Shown here one piece after another: positions 20,466 through 31,006 of a stretch of DNA of 64,000 nucleotides. Each line of letters opens with the position of its first letter. Within the stretch, counting starts at the first letter, position 1. Position numbers and translations under genes: made by a program. Below the pieces are notes generated by a model, which was not told the DNA's origin, ran no database searches, and worked only from the letters and a program-made list of their open reading frames with translations. Source of the DNA: Planctomycetota bacterium (GTDB taxonomy: Bacteria; Planctomycetota; JAJSAM01; JAJVHW01); assembly GCA_965248445.1 (NCBI GenBank), contig CBDFJG010000002.1, forward strand, positions 480,001-544,000. The letters are read 5' to 3'.

Positions 20466-22397
20466 TCAGCGCTCGCCGTACGGCGGCCCCGTCGGCCCCT
20501 TCCCGCCCGGCGGCAACTTCGACTTGGACGCGTTCTCGCCGAAGTGCCGCTCGAGGATCACGGGCCAGCGCGGGTCGTTGCGCAGTGACCGCAAGTCGCC
20601 GTCCTCCTCGACCCAGTCACGCGTCAGGTCCGACTCGGACTCCTGGATCGCGAGCGCGGCGTCGAGCTGGTCGAGCGCTTCCTTCGTGCGGCCACCCATG
20701 GACAGCGCGCAGGCGCGGTTGTACGCGGTCACGGGCGCCGGCCGTCCGGCGATCCGCTTCACGATCTCCATTGCCTCTGCGTAGATCGCGGCCGCGCGGT
20801 CCCACTGGCGCAACCGGTAGACGGCGCGCGCCAGGCGGTTCAGATCCGTCGCATAGTGCTGCAAGGCGTCGGACTGATGCCGCGGGCCCGCGCGATCGGC
20901 CCACTGTTTTTGGCTCCTGGCCTCCATCGCGAGTCTCTCGATGCGCCACTTCAGGCGCTCCGGTCGGCCGTGGTTCGCGAGGATCTCCTCGAGCGCCTCG
21001 GCGTACCCGCGCTCCGCAGGGCGCAGCTGCCAGCCGGCCTTGGCGTCGGCTCGGTCGAGCGTCTGCGCGAGCTGATCGAGAATGTCGCCCATCACGTCGA
21101 TGTCGGCGACGTCGGCGAGCGCCTGCGCGGCCAGGTCGAACATCTCTTCCTCGTCCACCTCGACGGGCAGAGCGATGAACGTGCGGTAACCGCGGCGCGG
21201 GCTCTCGGCGAGCGCGTCGAGTGCTTCCATCTTCTGCACGACGCGCAGCACCTCGCTCTCTGTCTCGGGCAGCACGACGAAACGGTCCTCGAGTGGAACG
21301 TCAAGGAGCATCGCGAGAAGGACAGGCTGGACAGGCCACCCGTGTTCGCTGAGTTTCGCGAAGCGGCCGTCGTAGTTGCCGCCCTTGCGCATCCAGCGTG
21401 CAAGCAGCTCCCGCTCGATCGTGGCCTGCGCGTGCAGGGCGCGCAGACGTGCGGCACGTGCGGCGTTCAGCGCCTTCATCTCCGGGCTCGCCCCGTCCGG
21501 CCCGTCCGCGCTGTCGGTCTTGTCCGCTCCCGTGTTCGGCTTCTCGGCCTTCGGCTGCCCGGCGGCCGGGAGTTCGCCGGCCTCGCCGGCGTTCTCGGCC
21601 GCCTCGGCCTCTGCCTGCCGCCGGGCGGCCTCGTCGCGCTTGCGCGTCAGCTCAGCGCGCTCGCCGTCCGCACGCTTCCGCGCGGCGCGGCGGGCCCGAT
21701 GGATCGACGCGCTCTCGTCCGCCGTCACCGGACCGAGCTCGACGAGCTTCTTGATCTGGATGATCGGGTGGAAGATGTAGCCGTCCTGCTGCTTCGGGAA
21801 CCAGAGGCGGACGCCGGCGCCCTTGTCCTCGGGGTCGCACTCCTCCCAGACGCCGCGCACGCGCCGCTCGAAGACGCCCCGGACGCGGACGATGCCCCCG
21901 ATGTTGCGGCCCGTACGCATCTTGAGCGTGTAGCGAACTCCGACGATCCGCTCGTCAGCCGGTTGCTCCTCGACGCGATCCTCGGCCAGAGGCGGGACGG
22001 TCGGGAGCAGCGCGAGCGCGATCTCCGCGGCGTCGAGCGCGTCGAGCGCTGCGGCGACCGGCTCGTCGCCCAGCGCAACGACGGCGCGGGCGGCCGCCTC
22101 CCAGACAACAGGATCCGCATGCCGAAGGCCCTCGGCCACTTCGGCGGCGAGACCCTGCATGCGGCGGGAGGCGATGACCTCGTAGAGGAGCGCCCGAGCG
22201 CGGACTCCGGCCGCGTCGAGCGCCCGGCGGACCACGTCGTCGGGGAGGTCGTCCGTCTCGCGCAGCCGGTCCATCGCCCGCTCCCGGACCCGCTCGGCAG
22301 GCGAGGAGAGGTCCCGGAGCAGCGCGTCCGGCCCCGTGGCGGCCCACGCGGGCACGGCGGGGAGCGCGAGCAGCAGGCAGAGGAGGAGGCGCTTCAC
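20466..22397 (-). CDS. Secreted HEAT/TPR-repeat hypothetical protein
   Basis: Signal peptide VKRLLLCLLLALPAVPAWA; HEAT-like N-terminus; C-terminal TPR-like YNRACALS...DGDLRSLRNDPRW. Confidence 0.75.
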   Translation of the reverse strand: MKRLLLCLLLALPAVPAWAATGPDALLRDLSSPAERVRERAMDRLRETDDLPDDVVRRALDAAGVRARALLYEVIASRRMQGLAAEVAEGLRHADPVVWEAAARAVVALGDEPVAAALDALDAAEIALALLPTVPPLAEDRVEEQPADERIVGVRYTLKMRTGRNIGGIVRVRGVFERRVRGVWEECDPEDKGAGVRLWFPKQQDGYIFHPIIQIKKLVELGPVTADESASIHRARRAARKRADGERAELTRKRDEAARRQAEAEAAENAGEAGELPAAGQPKAEKPNTGADKTDSADGPDGASPEMKALNAARAARLRALHAQATIERELLARWMRKGGNYDGRFAKLSEHGWPVQPVLLAMLLDVPLEDRFVVLPETESEVLRVVQKMEALDALAESPRRGYRTFIALPVEVDEEEMFDLAAQALADVADIDVMGDILDQLAQTLDRADAKAGWQLRPAERGYAEALEEILANHGRPERLKWRIERLAMEARSQKQWADRAGPRHQSDALQHYATDLNRLARAVYRLRQWDRAAAIYAEAMEIVKRIAGRPAPVTAYNRACALSMGGRTKEALDQLDAALAIQESESDLTRDWVEEDGDLRSLRNDPRWPVILERHFGENASKSKLPPGGKGPTGPPYGER

Positions 22398-22567
22398 GTG
22401 AGTTCTGACGTCGGAGACGAGGGTACCAGCGTAGGGATTCCCTCGGCGGACACGAGAAGCCGCTGAAGTGATACCTGGCGTCACTCGATATCGTGAGAGG
22501 CACGGGGCCCGGATCTGCGGGCATCGCGAGGCTGGGAGAGGGAGACGGAGAAGAGGAGGAGACCGAC

Positions 22568-22942
22568 GTGGCGGCTGGATTCGAGGATCGTGCCGAGGCC
22601 GAACTGCGGCGCGGTGTGCTCCAGATCGCCGTCCTGGCCCTCCTGAAGAGCAGGGCCTACGGGTACGAGCTCGCCGGCATCCTGAGCGCGCACGGGCTCC
22701 CGACGGAAGAGGGCACCCTCTATCCGATCCTGCGCAGGCTCTCGGCGGAGGGACTGCTCGAGGCTGAGTGGGACACCACCGGAACGCGCCCAAGAAAGTA
22801 CTACGTCACGACCGATAAGGGACGGGCGGTGCTCCACGGGCTCGTTGGCGAATGGTCACGGGTGAACGGCGCGCTGTCACAGGTGCTGACCGACGCGATC
22901 CCGTCCGATGACGCAGCAGACGACCGACCAGCAGACGATTGA
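22568..22942 (+). CDS. PadR family transcriptional regulator
   Basis: ELRRGVLQIAVL, YGYEL, EGTLYPILRRL, RPRKYY; SD GAGGAGG before GTG 22568. Confidence 0.93.
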   Translation: MAAGFEDRAEAELRRGVLQIAVLALLKSRAYGYELAGILSAHGLPTEEGTLYPILRRLSAEGLLEAEWDTTGTRPRKYYVTTDKGRAVLHGLVGEWSRVNGALSQVLTDAIPSDDAADDRPADD

Positions 22943-23861
22943 GAGCCCCGTGCTGCGGGAGTACCTCCGCGAGGTACGCCCCCACCTCCCGCTCCGCGAG
23001 AGCCATGACATCCTCATGGAGCTCGAGAGCAACATCCTCGACCGCGTGGACTTCCTGTCCGCGACCGAGGCGCGCGACCCCGACGACGAGATGTTCCAGC
23101 GCGCCGTCGCGGAACTCGGCGCCGCCGAGAGCGTCGCCGCCGCGTATGTGCAGGACCGTTACCTCGTCGCGCCGGAGGCGTTTCGGCCGTTCCTGATCTA
23201 CACGTGCATGGCGTTCGCGGTGCACCTCGTGCTGATCGGCGTGGCCACCGCGACGGACAAGGCACTGCACGTCGGGCTGTTCCCGATCTGGCCCGTCGGT
23301 GAGCACGGCATCCTGAGCGTCATGTCCGCGCTCACCCATGCGATCCTGCTCGACATCGGTCTGGCGGCGGTCCTGTTCGGGATCGCGGGCGCGCTGCGCC
23401 GCAACGTCCGCACCGCGCAGGCCATGTTCGCCGTGGACGCGTCAGCGCGGCAGGCCGGCGGCCGCGGCCTCCTGGCTCTCCTGGTCGCCGCGGTGATCGT
23501 GTTTGCCCGCCACAAGCTGTTCGTCGTCTGGTCGGACGGCAGCCCGCACGCGCTGATCACGGACTGGGGCGAGGCGGTCCTTCCGCTCGTCATCGGACTG
23601 TTGATCTTCGCGGCGGTCAAAGAGTCTCTGTACGTGATTGCCGGGGAGCGCCGGATGACCGTGGCGGCCGACGGAATTCACGGCTTCACGGGCCTCGCGC
23701 TCTGCCTGTATCTCGTCGCGGGCTCGCCGATCCTCGGGATCCCCGCCCTCGCCGGTTCCGACGACTTCCGCGAGCCGGTGAACGCGTTCCTCGGGCAGCT
23801 CTGCGCGCTGGTCGTCGTCGTCGGCGCGGTGCTCTTCGCGATGAAGACGCTCCGCCGGTAA
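22908..23861 (+). CDS. PadR-associated multi-TM membrane protein (HAAS-like N-terminus), last 7 codons displaced by IS66
   Basis: EYLREVRPHL...DILMELESNI...ELGAAESVAAAY followed by TM helices; the original end lies at 25366-25390. Confidence 0.8.
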   Translation: MTQQTTDQQTIESPVLREYLREVRPHLPLRESHDILMELESNILDRVDFLSATEARDPDDEMFQRAVAELGAAESVAAAYVQDRYLVAPEAFRPFLIYTCMAFAVHLVLIGVATATDKALHVGLFPIWPVGEHGILSVMSALTHAILLDIGLAAVLFGIAGALRRNVRTAQAMFAVDASARQAGGRGLLALLVAAVIVFARHKLFVVWSDGSPHALITDWGEAVLPLVIGLLIFAAVKESLYVIAGERRMTVAADGIHGFTGLALCLYLVAGSPILGIPALAGSDDFREPVNAFLGQLCALVVVVGAVLFAMKTLRR

Positions 23862-25357
23862 CCGTTCACCCCTTGACAGCGTGTGAGCCTCAGCGTGCGA
23901 CGGGCAGCGGGACCATGACGGGCGGGTCGGCGCCGGTGAGGTGCGCGGCGACCGAGTCGGCGAGGAAGTCGAAGACTTGGTCGCCACGGCGTCGCAGCGT
24001 GGCCGCGGCGGTCAACACGCGCTCGGCGAAGCGGAGTCCGCGAGCGGACTGGCTTCCGAAGGAGCCCTTGCGCCAGAGCACCGCTTTGCGGACCGCGCGC
24101 TCGGCGGCGTTGTTCGTCGGACTCACGTCCTGGGTCCGCGCATAGGTGAAGAGGGCGACCACGCGGGGGCGCAGATGGTTGGCCAGAGCCGAGTCGTCGT
24201 TCGCGATCAGTCGCTCGAGCCGTCCGCGCAGCACAGCGGCTTCGCCTTGCAGCCGGTCACGGTCGCCGTGCTCACCGAAGAGCCGGTAGCTGCGCATGAC
24301 CGACTGCGCGATCATGACGCCCTTGTTGCCGAAGCGGCGATGTCCTCGCGGGCCTTCGGCCAGCGCACGGAAGGCGCGCTCGATGTGCGCCCAGCAGAGC
24401 TGGCGGCGGGCAAGTGGGTGTGACTCGTAGGCACCCATCCGGTCGCTGATCACCGTGCCACCGAAGCGCCGCCCGATCAGCCGCCCTTTCGCCTTGGCAC
24501 TGCGGCGGCGATCGATCCCGAAGGCTGTGGCGTGCTCGCTCTCCGCCGCCCACAGCCAGCACACCCGGCCCCGTTCCTTCCACGACGTCTCGTCCACGTT
24601 GGCTCGCAGCGACGTGCGGACTGCCCCGAGGGCTTCGAGGTACGACGAGTGCAGAGCGTCACTGAGCCGACGCTCACAGTCGCTGATCTTGCCCAGCGAC
24701 ATCTTCACACCGAAGATCTCACCGAGCAGCCGCTGCGTCTCCCGCACGCTCACGCGGTACACGCCGCGCAGCGCGCCGGCAAGTGTGGTCAGCCGCGGAC
24801 CGAAGGCCCCGGTCGGCACGCCATCGGGCAGGACCGCCGTCGTGACCGCACGACAGCGCCGGCACCGCGCCTTGTGCAGCCGGTGCTCCCGCACCGTGAC
24901 GAGCACGCGCGGGAGCACCGTCACCTGGTGCCGGTACGGATCGCCGATGCCCTGCTCGAGATCGTCGTGTCCGCACGCGTCGCAGAGGTCGGGACGGTGC
25001 TCCTTGGTCTCATCGACGTTGGACGGATCCACCAGCTCGCGCGCCGTGCCCTCATGGCCCGGCTGTCCGCCCTGCTGGCGACCGCTACGCGGCCTTCGGC
25101 CGCGACGGCGCTTGGACCACGCCGGGTCCGACGACGGAGGCCTCGAGCTGTTGCGGGAGTCACGCTTCAGACGCGACTCGAGCTCGTCGATGCGGCGCAG
25201 ATGCTTCGCTTCGCGACGCTCCAGCTCCTCGATCCAGGCCAGAAGGCCCTCGACCATCGCCCGCAGATCCTCGTCCTGCCGCTCGCCCACAACATCTTGA
25301 TCGACCGATGGCCGAACGATCTGGATCCTGGCTCGCGACGAAGGGGTGAACGGTTAC
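23858..25357 (-). mobile_element. IS66-family insertion sequence (single-ORF type), 1500 bp
   Basis: Perfect 17-bp terminal IRs GTAACCGTTCACCCCTT (23858-23874 and 25341-25357); 8-bp TSD CTCCGCCG (23850-23857 and 25358-25365). Confidence 0.95.
23890..25290 (-). CDS. IS66 family transposase
   Basis: NSSRPPSSD, GGQPGHEG, CxxC pairs, NVDETSW, SDRMGAY, QLCWAH, PTNNAAERAVR. Confidence 0.95.
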   Translation of the reverse strand: MGERQDEDLRAMVEGLLAWIEELERREAKHLRRIDELESRLKRDSRNSSRPPSSDPAWSKRRRGRRPRSGRQQGGQPGHEGTARELVDPSNVDETKEHRPDLCDACGHDDLEQGIGDPYRHQVTVLPRVLVTVREHRLHKARCRRCRAVTTAVLPDGVPTGAFGPRLTTLAGALRGVYRVSVRETQRLLGEIFGVKMSLGKISDCERRLSDALHSSYLEALGAVRTSLRANVDETSWKERGRVCWLWAAESEHATAFGIDRRRSAKAKGRLIGRRFGGTVISDRMGAYESHPLARRQLCWAHIERAFRALAEGPRGHRRFGNKGVMIAQSVMRSYRLFGEHGDRDRLQGEAAVLRGRLERLIANDDSALANHLRPRVVALFTYARTQDVSPTNNAAERAVRKAVLWRKGSFGSQSARGLRFAERVLTAAATLRRRGDQVFDFLADSVAAHLTGADPPVMVPLPVAR

Positions 25358-25441
25358 CTCCGCCGCGCCGCGCGCCTCGCGCTGCTCTAGCCCGCGCTCC
25401 GCGCCGGGCGGGTGTGGAACGCCCTCCCGGGTACCGTTCAG

Positions 25442-26668
25442 CTACCCGGGCTGGGCAACGACGAGTCGCGCGAAGCGGCGCTTGCCGACGCGCAGGATCG
25501 TGCCGTCCGCGGGGGTCACCGTCGTGTCGGCACTCGTCTGGCGCTCACCGTCGATGCTCACTGCACTCTGCTTGACGAGTCGCCGCGCTTCGCCCCGGCT
25601 CTTGGCCAACGCCGGGGGATCCATCGTCAGGAGATCCACGAGCTGGATGCCGTCTGCGGGCACCGCAATCTCCGGCATGTCCTTCGGCACCCCGCCATCG
25701 GCGAACACGCGGCGGAAGTTCTCGGCTGCCGCGTCGGCTGCTGCGGCGCCCCAGTAGCGCGTGATGACGCCCTTCGCCATCGCTTCCTTGGCGATCCGGG
25801 GATGCGTCTTCTCTGCATCGGTCAGCACGGGCAGCTGGCTCTCCGGCACGTCCGTGAAGTGCTCGAGCCACACGCCGATCATGGTGTCGGGCACGCTCAT
25901 GCACTTTCCGAACTGCTCGTCGGCGCTCTCGGTGATGCCAACGTAGTTCCCCGCCGACTTCGACATCTTCTTCACGCCGTCTGTGCCGGGAACCAGTGGG
26001 TTGACCACGATGGCCTGGGGCGACATCTCGGCGCCGCGCTGGAAGTCCCGCCCCACCAGCAGGTTGAAGCGCTGGTCCGATCCGCCGAGTTCGACGTCCG
26101 CGCGAACGACGACGGAGTCGTGACCCTGCATCAGCGGATACAGGAACTCGTGCACCGAGATGGGCGTCTGCTCGCGATAGCGCTTCTCGAAGTCGTCGCG
26201 CTCGAGCATCTGAGCCACGGTCATCTGCCCCGCCATCCGCATGACGTCCATGAACGACATCTCTGCGAACCACTCAGAGTTCCGGCGCACCTCCAGCCGC
26301 TCGGTCAGCAGGATGCGGTCGAGCTGATCGACATAGGTCTGCGCGAACGCATCGACCTCGTCACCCGAGAGCGTCGGACGCAGCTTGTTGCGGCCGGACG
26401 GGTCCCCGACGCGCGCCGTGTAGTCCCCGATGATCAGCACGGCGACGTGCCCCATCTCCTGGAACGCGCGGAGCTTCCAGAGCGGAACGGCGTTGCCGAG
26501 CGTGATGTCCGGAGCGGTCGGATCGACGCCCAGCTTCACGCGCAGGGGCGTGCCGGTCTTGCGGCTCTTCTCGAGCTTCGCCACGAGCTCGTCCTCCGGG
26601 AACACCTCGGAGGCGCCCCGGCGGATGCGGCGCATCTGCTCGTCGACGGGCGGGAACGGGCTCGACAT
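25442..26668 (-). CDS. tyrS: Tyrosine--tRNA ligase
   Basis: KLGVDPTAPD, IGDYTARVGDPSG, YPLMQGHDS, ELGGSDQRFN, KMSKS, C-terminal S4 domain (VGKRRF). Confidence 0.96.
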   Translation of the reverse strand: MSSPFPPVDEQMRRIRRGASEVFPEDELVAKLEKSRKTGTPLRVKLGVDPTAPDITLGNAVPLWKLRAFQEMGHVAVLIIGDYTARVGDPSGRNKLRPTLSGDEVDAFAQTYVDQLDRILLTERLEVRRNSEWFAEMSFMDVMRMAGQMTVAQMLERDDFEKRYREQTPISVHEFLYPLMQGHDSVVVRADVELGGSDQRFNLLVGRDFQRGAEMSPQAIVVNPLVPGTDGVKKMSKSAGNYVGITESADEQFGKCMSVPDTMIGVWLEHFTDVPESQLPVLTDAEKTHPRIAKEAMAKGVITRYWGAAAADAAAENFRRVFADGGVPKDMPEIAVPADGIQLVDLLTMDPPALAKSRGEARRLVKQSAVSIDGERQTSADTTVTPADGTILRVGKRRFARLVVAQPG

Positions 26669-26716
26669 GGCGGTAGAGGGTAGCGAAGACTGCGTCAGGC
26701 GCCCGTTTCGCCAGCG

Positions 26717-27484
26717 CTACACTTGTACCGCGAGAACTGCAACCATCCAGAGCAGTCCCCCGGCAAGACCGATGCAGACTGCGACGACCCACGCGACGCG
26801 CGCGCGCCGCGCGTTGGTCTCGGCCTCGTGGATCCGGCCGGCGGAGAAGTGACTCGTCGCCTGCACCGAGAACACGATGGCCACGATGCCGAGGGGCCAG
26901 CAGCCGCAGCACACCGTCGCCAGGATGGCGGGGATCAGCTCCGCCTTGCCGGGGTCGCGCGACGTGGCGACGTGCGGTGTCCCGGGTCGCCGCGGCGCCT
27001 GACCGGCCTGTACGCCCAGCGCGTCGTCGCGGGGCATCGGGCCGGCGATGCCTTGCGCCACCGCCGAGGCCTCGCTGCGGCACGCCGACACCACGTCGTT
27101 CAGATCCGAGAGAACCTCCTCGAACTCCGGCACCGAGACGTCGGACGAGAGGAACGTCCGGCGCAAGACCGCCGTGCGGTCCGCGGGCGACCAGGTGGTC
27201 GTCATGCGCCAGTCGATCGCCTTCGCAGCCGTTGCGATCCGCGGGCGCATGTTTCCGAGTTGCCTCGCCGACAGCTCGTCGACGGACGTCCCGGTGAACG
27301 GACTGAACGAGCGCAGGAATTCGATCTCGATCCCGTCGCCGGAGAGCCGGACGTACGTGTCGTCCTGATCGTCGTCCGACGAGGTCAGCCGCCACTCGAG
27401 CGCATCGTGACCCGATCGCAGGACGTCGAGTCCCGTGCGGCGCGCCGCCTGCTCGACCAGCGGTGCGAGATCTTGCTCGTTCAC
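26717..27484 (-). CDS. CD225/dispanin domain protein with an N-terminal soluble (YbjN-like?) domain
   Basis: C-terminal AILATVCCGCWPLGIVAIVFSVQA...AGRIHEAETNARRAR plus a TM helix. Confidence 0.75.
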   Translation of the reverse strand: MNEQDLAPLVEQAARRTGLDVLRSGHDALEWRLTSSDDDQDDTYVRLSGDGIEIEFLRSFSPFTGTSVDELSARQLGNMRPRIATAAKAIDWRMTTTWSPADRTAVLRRTFLSSDVSVPEFEEVLSDLNDVVSACRSEASAVAQGIAGPMPRDDALGVQAGQAPRRPGTPHVATSRDPGKAELIPAILATVCCGCWPLGIVAIVFSVQATSHFSAGRIHEAETNARRARVAWVVAVCIGLAGGLLWMVAVLAVQV

Positions 27485-28485
27485 CGCGCGTCGGGACCGG
27501 CCAGACGCTCGGCCGTCGCGTCCAGGACGAACGCGAGCGGCGGATCGTGCTCCGCGGCGTCGCGCAGGAGTTGGAGGGCCAGCCGACGTTCGTCGGGAGA
27601 GAGAAGCTCGGCGGCGGTGACGATGTGCGGCGGGGACCGCTTGCGGATCGCCTCGGCGAGCGAGTCGAGCGGGCTCTCTGCGAGCGCCTCGTAGCCCTGC
27701 ATCAGCACGCGCACGGTCGCGGGCTGGAGCGGCAACGCGTCGTACAGCTCCGTCGCCCCGACGCGCACCGAGATCGGGCGCAGATGACCTGCGATCCGGA
27801 GCACGCTGAAGCCGATGTGCGCAAGTTGCGTGCGGTCGCCGTCGATCGTCGCCGCGAGGTCCCGCGACTCTCCGGGCAACAGTCGCAGGTCCTCTTCGAG
27901 CGGGATGCGCAGCGAGAACTCGGTCTCGCGCACGTTCCCGTAGATGTCGCGGTCCTCTCGCACGACGTCGAGCACGACGAGGGCGTTCGACGAGTTCTTG
28001 GCCTTCGCGGGGATCGTGATCGGCGCCGCGGCCACGTTGCGCACGCGGATCCGCAGATCGATTGCCTCGCCGTCGGCAACCGCGTCACGCCCGGGAACCA
28101 CGGCGAGACGCAACACCTCCTCCTCAAGAAGTGCGTCCCGCGCTTGGGTGCGAATCGCGCGCAGGTCCTTGTCGATGTCGTCCGGCGGATTCCCGCGCAG
28201 CCCGCGCCCCGCTGCGGCGAGCGCCGCCAGAGCGTCGCCCTCGCCGAGCGCGTAGCGGGCTTCGGCCAGCGCACCGAGTGCCAGTGCCTCCGCCTCGTCT
28301 TCGCCGCCGCCGCCCGTAACCACCCTGCCGGACCGCGGTGTGCTCTTGTCGTCGCCGTCGAACACCGCACAACCCTGGAGCGGCAGCAGCGAGAAGACGA
28401 GCAGAAGGGCCGCGGCGGCTGCCGCGACCCTTCCCGTGTTCTTCATGAGCGGGCGATGCACCGCAGTCTTCGTCACGTCGTGCAT
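27481..28485 (-). CDS. Hypothetical lipoprotein
   Basis: Hydrophobic signal ending in LQGC; TGA overlaps the next GTG. Start at 28485 or 28446. Confidence 0.65.
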   Translation of the reverse strand: MHDVTKTAVHRPLMKNTGRVAAAAAALLLVFSLLPLQGCAVFDGDDKSTPRSGRVVTGGGGEDEAEALALGALAEARYALGEGDALAALAAAGRGLRGNPPDDIDKDLRAIRTQARDALLEEEVLRLAVVPGRDAVADGEAIDLRIRVRNVAAAPITIPAKAKNSSNALVVLDVVREDRDIYGNVRETEFSLRIPLEEDLRLLPGESRDLAATIDGDRTQLAHIGFSVLRIAGHLRPISVRVGATELYDALPLQPATVRVLMQGYEALAESPLDSLAEAIRKRSPPHIVTAAELLSPDERRLALQLLRDAAEHDPPLAFVLDATAERLAGPDAR

Positions 28486-28498
28486 GGTGCCGTCGGTG

Positions 28499-30190
<1,692 letters not shown>

Positions 30191-30340
30191 CTGTTGCGGT
30201 CCCTCCCGGGACCCGGCCCGACGATTGTCGAGCTCGATCATGCGACGGTCACGCCCGCTCAGCAGCTACTTGCGCTGAACGGTCTGCGTTGGGTTGCAGT
30301 TTCAGTTCGGCCGCCCCTCACCGTGAGGAGCTGTCACCGT

Positions 30341-31006
30341 TCACCCCGCAGCGGCCGCGCCGTCGCCGGCCGTCTCGCCGCGGAGTACGAGGACACGCGA
30401 CCGTAGATCGGTCGCGATGTCCTCGGCGGTGGTCGTCTCGTCGTATGTCACCGGCTCCCCGAACGTCACGCGTACGGGTCCGCCGAAGATGCGCGGTATG
30501 CAGCGTCCCTTCGCCCACAGACTGTGCGCTCCCTCGATCGACACCGGCACGACGGGGCACCCCGTCGCGCGAGCGATCATCCCGACGCCGCGCCGGAAGC
30601 GCTGGAGCCCTCCGTCCTGCGAGCGCGTGCCCTCGGGAAAGATCAGCACCACCTGACCGGAGCCGAGCAGCTCGCTCGACACGCGCAGGGTGTCCCGCGC
30701 CCCTCCACCGTCGCGGCGGATGGCGACCGCGCCGACGTACCGCAGGAAGCGCCCGTGAAGCTTGAGCGTGCCGCGCGGTCCGAAGAGCGTGTCGCGTGCC
30801 AGATAGCGCACCCAGCGCCGCACTGACGTCCCGACCAGGATCGGGTCGAGCACGGACGAGTGCGAGACGGCGAGGAGCACCGGCCCCTTGCGCGGCACGT
30901 TTGTCCCGCCATACGCGTTCACGCCCCAGAGCACGCGCGAGACGAGCCAAAGGGCGCGCCGGATGCAGCTATACGTCGCGCGCCGGAGCAGCGGTTCCAC
31001 TCCCAT
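30341..31006 (-). CDS. 1-acyl-sn-glycerol-3-phosphate acyltransferase (PlsC family)
   Basis: HxxxxD (SHSSVLD), FPEGTRS; cmk-plsC-rpsA context. Confidence 0.9.
   Translation of the reverse strand: MGVEPLLRRATYSCIRRALWLVSRVLWGVNAYGGTNVPRKGPVLLAVSHSSVLDPILVGTSVRRWVRYLARDTLFGPRGTLKLHGRFLRYVGAVAIRRDGGGARDTLRVSSELLGSGQVVLIFPEGTRSQDGGLQRFRRGVGMIARATGCPVVPVSIEGAHSLWAKGRCIPRIFGGPVRVTFGEPVTYDETTTAEDIATDLRSRVLVLRGETAGDGAAAAG

Noticed and set aside
22467..22492. AGTGA-N9-TCACT / GATA..TATC symmetry as a PadR operator
   Set aside because: Plausible position, but the symmetry is too short to support without comparative data.
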